Origin: Puccinia triticina
Taxonomy: Eukaryota
Direction of reading: 5' to 3'
Assembly (NCBI GenBank): GCA_026914245.1
Contig: CP110439.1
Location: 2,418,001-2,482,000, forward strand
Length of the DNA: 64,000 bases
A program made the position numbers and the translations under genes. The notes beneath the pieces are model-generated. The model saw nothing but the letters and a program-made list of their open reading frames with translations. It made no database searches and had not been told where the DNA came from. How positions within the stretch are numbered: position 1 is the first letter of the stretch; each line of letters begins with the position of its first letter. Positions 11,619 to 24,534 of this stretch are shown here, piece by piece.

Positions 11619-12751
11619 GTAGGCGTTGGGCCTCCAATTTGCGGAACATCCGTAGGTATTGGTGATATGCTTGCGGCACCAGTTTTTCAGGCGTCCTCTG
11701 CGGCTGCGCCTTCTTCGCATCAGCTGCTAGCTTTGCTGACGTTGACCACAACACCTTTGCCGTGCACAGATTTGTATGTGCTTGGGGCTCCTGTGGAAGG
11801 TTTTCTAAACAATTTATCCGCTTGCCAGTGGTTCTCATGCACTCTGAGGCGTTGGTGATTGAGGATACAGAATTGTGCTCACATCGCGGGGGTGTTAGTC
11901 GGCATAAAGCATGCACCCCCTCGTCAGTTGTCCTCACGTTCCTCAACCGGGGCTCCTCCCCATCCATTGAGGTTTTTTTCAGACCTGACAACACCGCGTT
12001 AGCGGTGGCGATCTCCCCAGGATTAAGGTGTCCTCCTAGCGGTCACTACATTTGGGTGGTTGGGGCTCGGCTGGACCTGTGGCGCGAATCCTAAGAAAGG
12101 TGTCCGCTTGCCAGATGTTCCTATGCACTCTGCTGGGAAGGACTGGTGAGAGGGGGAACTAGACTCACATCGCGGGGGTGTTAGTTGGCATGAAGCGCGG
12201 ACCCCCTCGTCAGTTGTCTTTGCTTGCCTCAACCCGGGCTCCTCCCCGTCCGATGAGGTTTTTTTCAGATCTGACAACACTGTTTCAACAGTGGAAATAT
12301 CCTGGATGTTTGGCTTGAATCGGCGTGCCCTCCAATCAATGAGGTGTCTGTGGGCTCGGACCCACGGCATGCCCAAAATTCCGTTGCAGGTGTCCTTGAG
12401 GCATGTGACGATGAAATTGGTCGGTTCGGTGTCGTTGTCCAGGAAAAGCCTTGCTTCTGCTGAAGACGTGTTCTTAGATCTGTCAAAGCCTGAGATTGTC
12501 CTCTCAGTAGGCAATTGTATAATGCTTAATCTCTCTCTAGCCGCGTAAGCCTCACTAATGATGTCGTGGGTCGCCCCCGAGTCGATGAGGAATGTGGCAA
12601 TGGGAGTGGTGGTTGTGGCGTGGGGATGGTAGGAGGAAGAAATAGGGGCGCTGAGAAACAGCCAATTACTGACTTCATTTAATTTAACAATATTACATGC
12701 CCCAATACTAGCTACTACAATCCCCCTGCTCGGGTGAGGCACAACCCTCAC
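11619..12751 (-). pseudogene. pol: Gypsy-1 aspartic protease and spacer
   Basis: FLIDSGATHDII, GILGMPW; broken frame. Confidence 0.85.
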
Positions 12752-13738
12752 ACCCGAGCATCACCATTTTTTGATTGTTCCGCCCAACCCCGGCTGGATT
12801 TTCCGGATCTAATGTAAGCCGGCTCTTCGAGTTCAGCGGTCCAAATAGCGTCCTTGCCCTTCTTCTTCTTGGGTTTGTCTGGGCAATCCCTTGCAATGTT
12901 TCCTTTCTCCCCGCAACAAAAACACATCCCCTCCTTCATCATTTGCGCCTTCTCCCTTCCCGACAGGTACCCCCATGCCGCAGATAGATCCATCGCGTTT
13001 GGGTCGGCTGTGGGCGCTTGTTTGATGGACGTTGTGTCCGCCCCGTTGATTGTGTTATTGATCTTGAGCACAAGGTTGGTCAAGTCTGACAGCTCCGTGA
13101 AATGTGCTCTCGCCAGAACCAGCGCGAGTCGTACATCCTTGTAGAGACCTTGGTGATACTGGCTTATCAGCGTAGAGGCCTCCCACCCTGTATTGGTCGC
13201 GTGCTGGTTGAAAATTGACGTGTAGTGCCCCACGGATTTCGGACGTCTGCTTGAGCTGGCGGATTGCTTTCTTGGCTTGGGCCTTCTTCTTGGTGTCAAA
13301 ATACATCATTTGAAATGCGTTCAAAAACTCCTGATAAGTGACTGGGACCCCCGCAAAAAGCTTGGCGGTATACGGTTGCGCCCAGCTGCTCGCCTGCCTA
13401 GTCAGATACGAGATCAAAAAAATGATCTGGGTGCGGTCGTTGGGAAACATGCGGGGGTTCGAGATAACATATAAGCCCACTTGGGTAACATAGGCTTCTG
13501 CTTTAGCTCCTCTAGTACCGTCGAATTTATCCGGTACCGCTACCTTGGGGCCTTTGAGGGTTGTATCAATGGGGCCGGCTGCTGTGGTTGGTATGACAGG
13601 GGTCAGTGCTGGCGGCACTACTTGGTTTGCCGTTCCAGCTCTTGCCGTCGCTAGCTTGGTTTTGGCCAACTGGCGGAGTCGGTGTTCTTCTTGGTTTGAC
13701 GCTATGAGCTCGTTGACTTGGCGCTTGAGGGCCTCCAT
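12748..13738 (-). pseudogene. gag: Gypsy-1 gag (frameshifted)
   Basis: PDKFDG...ASSWAQPY capsid-like motifs; AMDL; degenerate knuckle CFCCGEKGNIARDC. Confidence 0.85.
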
Positions 13739-13862
13739 GTCCGAAGTCGATCCCGGTGTTCTGGTGGGTTTGGGTTTCTTCTGTGGTTTCTGTTCTGGTT
13801 CTTCTTTCTGGGTTCTTCTTTTTTCCGTTTGTCCCTTGTCTCCTAAATGTGATCTAGCAATA

Positions 13863-14042
13863 TGTTAGGTCCGGTCTATTGGAGAGAAGGGCTGGGTGTT
13901 CTAGCTTAATTAGTAAATTGCTAGATGAGGGAAGAGAATGGATCTTCCCCCGGCTCCTCCTTATGGCGAGGAGCGTGACATGTATGTGTAACTACAAGAC
14001 ATTTCCAGGGATGAGTCTGGCGCGCGGGCGCAGCTCATAACA
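13863..14042 (-). repeat. Gypsy-1 5' LTR, 180 bp, with a self-priming-type PBS at 13852-13861
   Basis: Minus strand TGTTATGAGC...CCTAACA; adjacent PBS ATTGCTAGAT is complementary to LTR-internal 13917-13926. Confidence 0.7.
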
Positions 14043-14286
14043 CTGACACTCCTGCCATCCAGTTGACCTACATTGACCCGTCCAACAACACCTTGAGATT
14101 TGATGATGATCCAGTTGTCTCAACCATGATCCAGCGGCTGTACCCCAATCTTGGCGTACAGCCTGTCAATGCAAACGCGTTGACCCATTACAAATTGGTG
14201 AGTTGGCTGCAGCAACTCAATTGATTCCCCAAAGTGTACAACTCTTGCCCCCAATGTGTGCATCTCCCGCCAACCAAACCCTTCAT

Positions 14287-14315
<29 letters not shown>

Positions 14316-14317
<2 letters not shown>

Positions 14318-15205
14318 TGGAACTCCTAAAAGATCAGGAAAGAGCTGTGAGGGGAAATAGTCAACTACACTACTAATAATGTAGGAGAGGCTACAGGTGC
14401 TGGTGAGGCTGCCCTCTAGACTAATGCTGATGGAGAGAGGGTTACACTAAGAAAAAGAAAAGGGTGTGGCTGATGATTCTCTTTGACTTAGATGGCTTTA
14501 ACACTTTATGAGTCTGAGGTGTATCAATCCTACTGAGTGAGAGAGGAGAAGTGAGAAGGGGAAAAGCAGAAGCTCTTGGGAGTCACTCTGAGATGGGTAA
14601 TGAGATATATGCTGAGGGATATATTTCTATGGTGATGAAAGTGTATCTAAGTGTGATGTGTAAAGGTGCTACAGAGGGGATGTAGTAGAAAGTGCATGAT
14701 GGGGATACAACATCTAGAGGGGTGTTTATATATGTGAGAAGTACTACAGGGGGGTGATACATGATGAGCACATAGTAACAATATCTGAAGATGAGCAGTA
14801 ATGATGAAGGCGCAATGACCAAAGAGTGTACATGAAAGGTAACTATGTAGAAGATGAAATAATGATGAGCATTTGATAATAACTACAAGAGCTATGAAGG
14901 AATGTACTGCTGAGATCATATGAAGAGAAAAATGAGTAATGAAGTTATGTAAGATCTGCAGTCCTATGTAGCTATGATACTAATGAATGATGTATGTAAT
15001 AATGCTAAGGATATGTATGAAGAAAATACCTGCCAAAACTATACATGCCAATAACTGCTGATCCATTTGGAAATCCTAGGTGAAATGAGTGGGTGACTAG
15101 GGGTAAAATGGGGTGTAGAATCTGAATATGAAGTAATAATGAGGTATTTATGAAGGGTTTAGGTGATATGAGGGTGATAGTATGAACAGGAACAGGGTTA
15201 CCACA
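14316..15205 (-). mobile_element. 3' LTR (890 bp) of another LTR retrotransposon, preceded by a polypurine tract
   Basis: TGTGG...CCACA termini; minus-strand AAGTTGGGGGAGC immediately 5' of the LTR (15207-15219). Confidence 0.65.
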
Positions 15206-15219
15206 AGCTCCCCCAACTT

Positions 15220-16630
15220 ATTGTCTGTCCCCAGACACTGAGAGGAAAAGAAAAGAGATGAAGAAGAGAAATTTGGGAAAAAAAAAAAAAAAGAAATAAG
15301 GAAAAGGAGTTAGTCCAATCCAAGGAGGGAAGTAGTTATCCAACCAAAGAGGCCAAGTCCAAGAGGTCCAAATCCAAGGAGGGAAGTAGTTATCCAACCA
15401 AAGAGGCCAATTCCTGAGAGAGGTCCAACCAAAGAGGGAAGTAGTTATCCAACCAAGGAAGTCCAAAATCCAGTGTCCAAAAAGAAGTCCTGAGAGTACA
15501 ATCCAAGGGTCCAATGTCCACAAAGAAGTCCATAGAGTCCATAAAAGAAGTCCAAAAGTCCAAGTCCAGAAGAAGATAATTCTAAAACTAATCAACTATA
15601 TAAAACTGAATATCTCAAACACTATGAAAAACTAGAAGATCCACTATATAAGATAATACTAGAACTAAACTACTGAAAATCTAAGCTTATGAAGAAGAGA
15701 ATTGAGATAGGGGGAGTGGACGATATACTAACTATGTGTAGTACACCAATTATGAAGACTAAAATCTAATGGCATATCCATAGACTAGTAAAAAAAAGAA
15801 GACTAAAATCTAATGGCATATCCATAGACTAGTAAGACTAAAATCCAGTGGGTATCACTGAACTAGTAAGGGGGGAGTGAGGGATGGAAGCTTAGACCAG
15901 AGGATAGGCAAGTATGAAGATATATGATGAAGCTAATGATAATTCAGAATGAAGAGTTGAGGTATTTATATATTTAACCTGAAAGAATATCTACTGTTGT
16001 CCAAAGAAGTCCAGAAATCCAATGTGGCCATGTGACTTGAAGAGGGTTGAATACTTGAGAAGAAAGTCCAGAATTCCTAGAAGAAGAGGATTTTATATGG
16101 GGTCCAGAGTCCAAAGGTCCAGAGTTCAAAAAGAAGAAAAGAAGGTTTTTAAAGCAAAGGAAGGGTGACCAGATTTTATATGTATCAAGTGGGTTTTATA
16201 TGTAGGAATGGTTGGAGTATCTGAAGTAAGAAGGAGTCCCAAAGTGGCAAAAAAAGGAAAAAAAGTAGACCAAAGTGGCAAGTAGAAGTAGTCCAATGTG
16301 GCCAGAAAGGTGAAGTATATGTTTGAAAGATTTTTATGAATGAAGAATAATCCTAGTGGCATAAAGAGGAGTGAGGAATTTTTATCTGAGGTAGTGCTCA
16401 TGAAGAGAAGGGAAAAAAATCTGAAGAAGGATTGGGGAAGGAGTGTAATTTCCAGATGATAATAACAGAAAAAATCTTGAAGGGATATGAAGGAGAGTAA
16501 TTTTTAGATTAATAGAAATAAAGGGTCTGAAGGGAGTTGAAGGGGAGTAATATTCAGATTTAATAGGAATAAAGGGTCTGAAGGGAGTTGAAGGAGAGTA
16601 ATATTCAGAAAAGAAAAGAGGGGAGTAAGT
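15220..16630 (-). repeat. Non-coding, strand-biased region with short tandem duplications, likely the 3' internal region of the element above
   Basis: GGAAGTAGTTATCCAACCAA x3 (15327-15455); GACTAAAATCTAATGGCATATCCATAGACTAGTA x2-3; ~51-bp duplication at 16510-16610. Confidence 0.5.
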
Positions 16631-17554
16631 TCCATCCATGATTATTTTATTTTCCTTGATCCATAATCCCTTATCAGGTTCCCCCCCATTATGAGGTAAC
16701 TAGAGGTCCTTATTTATACTAATTTTATTCCTGAGGATGTTGTTGATGCTCCATTACAACGCTGATCCAGTTTTACTTGATTGGGCGCGGCTGCGGCGAG
16801 TCTGTTCCTAGGCGCAACGAGTAGATATCGCCAATCTTCGTTTTAGTCGTCCAAAACTCATGGGGTAAGGGAATAAAGAAAAGAAAAAAAAAAAAAAAAA
16901 AAAAAAAAAAGAAAGGGAAAAGAACTCAAAAGGAAAGAAAAATTAAACCGGGTCGTGCACCGGCGTCGAAAAGAGAGTGAGAAAACAACCAATCCGGGTC
17001 GCGCACCGGCGTCGAAAATGAAAGTCGAGCTTTGACCGCTCATAAAATCAAAACCGTCCGATGGAATTCGATAAAAATTTGATAGAATGAAAGGCCAGAG
17101 GGCAAGGAAAATTTGGCGCTAGAAATCAGCCCGAGTTGTCGTGTGCCGGTAACGTTCGAAAAGGAGAAGTCCGTAGGTCCGCGGGGCTAAGAAAATTTGA
17201 TCCACGCCTTTTGAACGCTTGTATCTTTCGAACCGCTCGATGGAAATCCAAAGGTCCACCGCCAAATGAAAGGCAAGACCCCAGGAAAAAGTTTGAGCCA
17301 TACGGCGGCTTTGGGAAATGAGCGCCGATACCTTTTCTAAAAGGATTAATGAAAATCCGGCCCGAGCGCGGCCGGAAGTAGAAAACCAAAGGAGAACCCG
17401 CCTGGATCGTGCACCAGAGTCGAAAAGAGTGTTAATAATAAAGAGTGTAGGGTCTGGGTCGTACACCAGCGTCGTCCATAGTTTCTTGAGCCCGTAGTCC
17501 TCGCAGAAATCGCCGAACTGCCCATTATTTTTCCCTAACTCGAAAACCAAAGCG

Positions 17555-17962
17555 ATGTCTTATCTTAATCCTATTATAATTGAGGATAGCACTATTGAAG
17601 AAGAGCTGTTTCGTCCCCCAACTCCCAATTCCGAAGAAGACGCCGCCGGTATTCCAGTAGATAATTCTGATAACAGTGTTGATAATGCCAAAGACCCAGC
17701 CGAGTATTCCGACGACGAAGTTGATTATAATGGAGTACATACTCCTCGAATCCATCCCACCATGCCTGCTCAAGCCGCGTTTCCGGCCGAGAACATTCCT
17801 CTGCGTGGGGCACAGAAATTTTACCATGCCATGGAGCTTGAGTTCGTCAAATTCGCCACCGCTACTCATAGAGACGAGGACGCCGTTCGAGCCGCCAAGG
17901 AACGCTTCTTTGCTCAGTTCGAGGAGCACTACAACCGAGTAAGTTCTTTTATTTATTTTTAG
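17555..17962 (+). CDS. Hypothetical acidic protein, probable first exon (Helitron cargo)
   Basis: 135-aa ORF; GTAAGT donor at 17939, CTAA and a T-rich acceptor near 18021. Confidence 0.4.
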   Translation: MSYLNPIIIEDSTIEEELFRPPTPNSEEDAAGIPVDNSDNSVDNAKDPAEYSDDEVDYNGVHTPRIHPTMPAQAAFPAENIPLRGAQKFYHAMELEFVKFATATHRDEDAVRAAKERFFAQFEEHYNRVSSFIYF

Positions 17963-18467
17963 AAGTAATTTTTAATACTAAAACGAGTTAATTTCTTTTT
18001 CTTTCTTTTTTTTTTTACTAGACTTTCAAGGCGGCTGCGCCGCCGCTCGTCGCTGGTTCCCCGCGCGGGCCTCTGTACGCCTCACCAGGCCCCCCCGGCG
18101 CCCGCGCCCCCGGCGCCCACTCCCCCCCTGCCACCCCCCCACCCCCGCACTCAATCCCCCCCTTGCACACCCCAGCTGTCTCCGTACTACCCTCAGCCAA
18201 ACCTCGACCAGCAGCTCGAAGGCAACGACCCACCCGACCAATACTGATCGCCACCAAACCCTGAGAGCACCACAGGCCCCGGTATACTGGACCCGCACGA
18301 CCATCACCGCAACTATTCATCCACTCCCTCCGACCACACGATGGGCCAAGGCATAACTACGCGGACGGCCAACTCCTCCCCCCCTCGCCCCCCATCAATT
18401 CGACCAATTTCCCTCGCCAATCAGCTGCCAACTATACCCAACACTAACAAATCTAATCCCAATCATC

Positions 18468-19309
18468 ATGATATGGCCAGTCACTTGGCTCAAAAGTCTC
18501 CCCACTCGCGACACCTTGACGTTTTGTGGAAAGTTCACCGCGATATCATCTGTAAGTCCCCTTCCCGCAGCACTTAAGCCCGTCGCTAACGAACTATTCC
18601 AGGTTTTTGAGTATCAATCCACCCCCTTTGAAGCACAGCTCACCCGATCCTCGTTTCTCACCTCACCTACCGTCCCAGCGAAATTTCCACGGGCATCCAT
18701 CACATTAGCCCCTCTTGATACCACACGACAACAACTCGAAGACGGCGAGATTTACCGCCTTGAAGGTCAAGTCGCCCTAACCGACCGAAATGGCAACCAA
18801 CAATTCTACTATCATCCCCAACGAGTCACTTGGAAACGCCACACACGAGCTCAAGCCTCTCCCGCAAAAATTACAATGGAAGGCACCGGGACTATCCGAC
18901 AAGTTACCCTCCCACCAAATCACTCGGACAACACCACCCAAACCTCATCCCTTCCATATCTAGAGCTCATCATTGAGCACCAAACTAACGTTAGTGTCAT
19001 ATCTCAAATTTTAAGACGATTACTGACGCCGTCGACTCATAGGCCTATTCCGGCGCAAATTTCTACGCCAAATACATCATAGAAGGAACGTCTGCCCTTC
19101 CTTCCGATATCATACCACTCGAACCTGGGGTAAAAGTTCAACTCAAAGGCACCTTAACCGACCGATGTGCGATTACGGGGCTTCTAATAATCAAAGTGAG
19201 CCACAACCAAACCCCAACAGTTCACATAACAGACATCTTCCTCAGGTCACGTCAGGCTACGTTGGGCTACCCCCATTATTCTCTAACGGTCCTATCCGAT
19301 CCGTCATAG
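18468..19309 (+). CDS. Helitron accessory protein A, 3 exons, predicted beta-rich/OB-fold-like
   Basis: Introns 18990-19042 and 19196-19245 give a continuous frame ...IIEHQTN|AYSGANFYAKYII...KGTLTD...LIIK|VTSG. Confidence 0.6.
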
Positions 19310-20064
19310 ATCTCACAGACTGAATCCCCCGCCTATCTGTAGCCAATCACCCGAAGACCAATCTGAAGCGACCTCTACAATCGAGATACCCACAGACATT
19401 TACACCAACCCTATCTACCGCGGTTCAACTCATCAACTTTACCACATTCGCCATATGATAAAGCAGAACCCCCCACTTTGACAAGTCCGAGCTACGGGTC
19501 AAAGCACCCAACAACCCTCCCCGAAAGACTTTCACATCAACTACGCCACAAGAAGTACGACACGCAATTTCTCGTGCATTGCCTTTGATTTGCTTATCTC
19601 CGAATTGTTGTTCTCACATGACCGCTCCATACCTGAGCTTTCCGTACAAAATCACCATGTTTTCTGATTCCCCTTCCCATTCCAACTTGTGCCTACAGTT
19701 TTTGTTTCATTCAATTTGAGTAATGTGCAACACCAGATGATATTGACCCGATCATCACCCAATGATACCTCACGCGCAACTGTGCTCCAGCTCTATTGAG
19801 TCTTCCATATCAGTCGCAAGAAAATCAAACAAAGCAATTACACAAGTACAAATTGTAGTGTTCCGAAGATAAGAATTTTAATTAAAAAATAAAACAATTC
19901 CGGAGATTAATGGAGGAATATAGGAACAATGCAACAAAGTGAAAGAAAATAGCAATTGCTAACAAGAGTGCGACTCTTTCATCCACAGACGGCCCCAACA
20001 TGTGAGATTTCAAGTACGCCGCCTCCCATTGTGACCTACAGGTGAGCCTAGCGTACGACCTGAC

Positions 20065-23000
20065 TTAGCTGCATTCATCTCTTCGCAAAGAATGAAGATC
20101 GCACTCACCAAAAATAGACTTGTGAACAACATTCACAAGGCCTTCCTTCCTGTCAAGCTTACACACGATCAAATTGTCCTTATGTGTCACTCTGGACAAC
20201 GCAACGTATAATTGACCATGTGCGAAACATGAATGCTTTAACATGACACCCACTCGCGCGAGTGTCTGACCTTGCGACTTATTACTTGACATCGCGTAGG
20301 CCGGAGTTATGGGAAATTGATGTCTGAAAAAACTCAATCCCGACTTCTGACTCCCCTTGTGATGGAGTTTGATTTTTGGCAACATCACCTTCTGTCCTTT
20401 GAATGGCCCGGACATCAAGACACCCTCTATTGATCCTGTCCCAATCCTAGTCAATATGAGACGAGTGCCATTACATATCCCCGCGGAAATGTCCATGTTT
20501 CGCATGACTAATACCGGCATTCCCACCTTCAAGTCGATGATATGTTCGGGGAAGCTAGGTATGCTCATCTTGTTGAGTACTTCCTCCGGCAAACTGTCAA
20601 CTCCTTCGGGATCTGGCATATCAATCGATGTCGCCCTAACAAACGGCCCGGCGAGTCTCAGTGCCACTTCACGGTTCAACTTGCGAACGTTGGCATTCAA
20701 GGGTGCCAAGATACAGCGCTCCGCTAGGTAAGGCAGGTTAGTATCCACGCTGAAGTTATGCCTTGAAGTCATATCACCGTAGACGAAATCCACGACCGTC
20801 TTGTTGCCTTGCGCCTTGCTCGCCGCGTGAGTTATATTGATTTCAGAGACTTTGACAACGTGGTAGTCTTCTGTTTGACCGATACCTTCACCTAAGCTGA
20901 GCAGCGAAGATGCAAATTGACGATTCTTCTCGGCGTCCTCAGGTACCGTTGAGTTCGCCGCGATTCGCATTTTCTGCACGATTTTGATCTGCTCCAGTTG
21001 GCCCCAAAGGGGAGAAGACCTTATTGTTGCGTCATAGGACGGCGGAAATTCGTCAAATTTGACGACTGGGAGGATTTGCCTGAAATCGCCTGAAAAAATT
21101 ACTACTTTCCCCCCGAACGGCAAATCAGAGCGGCAACAACGCCTCAATGATCTGTCAACGGCTTCAATTGCGTACTTGTGAATCGTCACGATTTCATCCC
21201 ATATGATTAAATCCGTAGTGCTTAAATCCTTGCCTAACTTATGGTTAGGCTCAAAACTGCACTCTAATTCTGGCTTGAGATTGATTGGTATCTTGAACGC
21301 AGAGTGAGAGGTTTGACCTCCCTTCAGCAAGAGAGCAGCTACTCCAGACGACGCTGCCACGACGGACCGTTTTCCCATGAGGCGACATAGGTCGATGATC
21401 GCATTCAACAAAAATGTCTTGCCGGTGCCTCCGGGGCCGTCCAAGTAAAACAAACTCGCCTTCTTAGCCTTGACCGCGGTTCTGATCTTGCGAAAAAATT
21501 GGGATTGTTGTTGATTGAAAAGGCCTTCTGAGTGGTCGAGGCGAATTGCTACAGCCGCGAGAGACTCGAGTTCCCCTGGTATCTCGTCGAACTGTTTCAT
21601 CTTGCGTTGATCCGTCGACGACACTATCATCCCGGCATCCGCCAGAGTCGAATTCATTTTTCCTAGCATGATTGATAGTTTAAACAAACCAAAGACCCTC
21701 CTTCTTGACCGGCTTAAAGGAATCGCGTTACGATCCCCTCGATCCAATCTCAACAGGTCGTCAGTCATCGAATCCCAATGCTTATCGTACAGGCTTGTTG
21801 GGTTCGAAGGTGGCGAGTTTACCAGCATGAGTGCGAAGAAGTGTCGTAAGGCATTACCACTCTGATATATAGATGCTTCCTCGAGAGCTTTATCATACAG
21901 ATAGTCATTGATCAACAACCCGAGCAGGTTGCAGGCATCTTGGTAAGACGCCGCGAGAACCCCATCAACAGTTCTGAGATCTTCGTGGGACAAGGGCCCT
22001 CTTCGGTGGGAGAGGAGAGTGCGTAAGTAAAACTTTTCCCCCGCCCGAAACGACACGCTGAAGATCCTCCCAACTGAAATCGTCTTGTTTTTTCTCGGCG
22101 TCCAGACCTTATCCACCTTGCTCCACGTGAAATACTCCGGTATTTCTTCATACAACAAGGTTCGCGCTTTTCGCCCTTCGGCCCCAACAGCGTCAGTCTG
22201 GTTGAGGTCGAAAAAAGCCAATAAATTCGTCTTTTCAGGTTCTTGAAATTTCAATTTGTCCGCTATCTCTCCTCCGTCCCTGAAATATATCATTTGTTCA
22301 TCCACATCGTGTATTGAGAGGCGCGTGACTGGGGGCCACCGAAAAGAAAGGGGAAACTTGAGTAAACGCCATGCGGCTAATTTTATGTGTCAGCCAAAGT
22401 CCCACTAAACACATTAGACAAACTGCGTACCTTCTGGTGCGCTAATGAATCTCGCGTCAATAAATGCTTTAGTCTCGTCATTATCCCTTATCTCCATAGA
22501 CAACCGGTCATGTCCCTTTGTGATATACTTGTAGAGATATTTCACCGCAGTAGAGTCCACCGGTATTTCGACGTTAATGTGACAGTTGAACTTCAACGAA
22601 AGGTATTTGTTATACAGAACAACATTAGAGCTGTTGAAGATTTGTTTGTTTTTTGCAACAACAAAATCAGTCACCCTACGCTGATATACTGGGTACGCCC
22701 CACTGATTGTGATTGTCCTTGGTGTGAGTGTTTTTGGATAACCCGAAGAACAGCCTTTCTTCGACCAACACGGGCGTCCGGGACAAGGGCCGTGGATCAT
22801 TAGCCTGGAGACAATATCGTAGAGCTTGGGCTCACTCAGTGGGTCAGGCACCTCGGCGCAGACGAGAAAATCAATCTTCTTGGGGGTGTCCGGCCTATCT
22901 TCTTCCCTCAGTGTGACCATTAAGTGGAGATGGGGAAGGCCCCGTTTCTGGAATTCAATGACCCCCACGTATGAAATTACCGCTCCCAACCTTCGGTAAT

Positions 23001-24534
23001 CGATAACTTCTTCAATTAGTGCGTCGACTTTCAATTTGAACACACGGTCGACAAACACAGGATGGTCAGCCGCGGACGCCAGGAGTCCAATTTCGTCGGT
23101 TATATCTTTCCACTTTGGATTAGCAGTCATGGTGATGAAAAGTGACGGTGGGCCATATTTCCTTACAATGGCCATCGAGTCTTGGTACAATTGGCCCATC
23201 GCCCTCGGGCTGCCGATAAAAGTCGAGGGGAGTATGACTCGCCGGCCCTCAGGGACCTCGAATTTCTCAATGGATGTCATAAGGGACTGGTATTGATTTG
23301 CTTTCAAGGCGAGTTGATGGTTTCGAATGAAATTAAGACGGGAGCCTTCTACGCATACGTACATATCCACGACAAATTCCTGAAAAAGCGTACGGCCATG
23401 GAGAATGATCGAGTATCGACCAACTCTTGCAAACAGGAGGAATGCAAATCATTCCAATGACTTGACGCGTCTATTCGTTTCTATTTCGAAAGCACCACTA
23501 TTAAGACAATGTCATTGTTCTGATCCGAGAAAAGGACTCACTTCAAGAGGTTGTACAAACATATACGTTGTCCCACTGTTGGGATCTGTAAGGGAAGAAT
23601 AGGGGGTATCAAAGAGGGAAATAAGATGAATGTAAATTGGAGATATGCTCTAATCGTCCGTCTTTCCGCCTCAATTGAATATGACGGGTCTTGTTAATTT
23701 CACCTCCCCCTTCGACAACGATCGCAACTTCTTCCGGACTTGGAAGATTGTAACGCTTCGGGTTTGTCCCCGGTGTATGAATCGTTGTTAGGGCAAGCGT
23801 CTTTGACGGTGAGTTTTTCAAGACGGTTCTAGCACTCTTGTAAACTTTCGCGTATGGGTTATATGAATACATAACCTTCATCAAATCTGACACTATGTCT
23901 TCCTGCATGACGAATTTGGCACCAATTGGGTTTCGTCTGCCAGAGGCTTTCTCGATTTGCAGCCGGGTTTCTTCTTGTCCGCCATTCCCGATGACGTAAA
24001 TTTGTGCATAGCCTGGGTTGGAACGATTGAGGGGCTCGACACTTGGAATCAGGTGGCTCAGACCGCCCGAGATTCGGAAAACATCGATGCCTAGTTGACC
24101 GCGGACGGTTTTGTCAACATTAGCTCCCAGCGACGTGAAGCTAATGCAGTTATTGTAAAGTCTGATAAGAGCCTGAAAGTTGATAGCTCCTAAAGAATAA
24201 TCAGCCAAGAAGTTAACATCCCTTTTTGTCAAATGTGTTACATACTCTCGTCTGTTCCTGAGAACAACTGTTCAAGTATCGGAGGCGTTTCAGGGGCAGC
24301 TGGATCCATCATGGGCAATATGACCTGCGATTTCTGCCAGCACATCGTGAAGTCTTTCTCCGTCTTCCCACGGTCGAGTTTCGTCGATTCTTCATTGAAG
24401 TGAAGGGCACCACAACCTATACAGATGATTATGCACCTTCCAAGCGAGTGGGGAATCGTAAATAGGACTTGGTTCAATATGTAATTCTCGTTGTTGTCAC
24501 ATTCACGGGTAATAGCCTTGAACTTGAACGGCAT
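20065..24534 (-). pseudogene. Helitron RepHel (Zn-finger-like + HUH Rep + PIF1 helicase), multi-exon, with in-frame TGA stops
   Basis: CIGCGALHF..E; FITMTANPKW, EFQKRGLPHLH, KYLYKYITKG; GPGGTGKT, GDFRQILP, KSQGQT, HGQLYVALSR; stop at 23609 within YFPL*YP. Confidence 0.93.

Larger units (their letters stand above)
4345..14042 (-). mobile_element. Decayed Ty3/Gypsy retrotransposon (Gypsy-1), 3'-truncated within RT, with nested insertions
   Basis: 5' LTR 13863-14042, gag 12748-13738, protease, start of RT (SPW..VLFTGKKD..LRPC..LNAVTVKNRYPLP) at 4345-4837. Confidence 0.85.

Noticed and set aside
16699..16730. Firm Helitron 3' end
   Set aside because: CTAG|T is present but there is no subterminal hairpin; kept only as a tentative boundary
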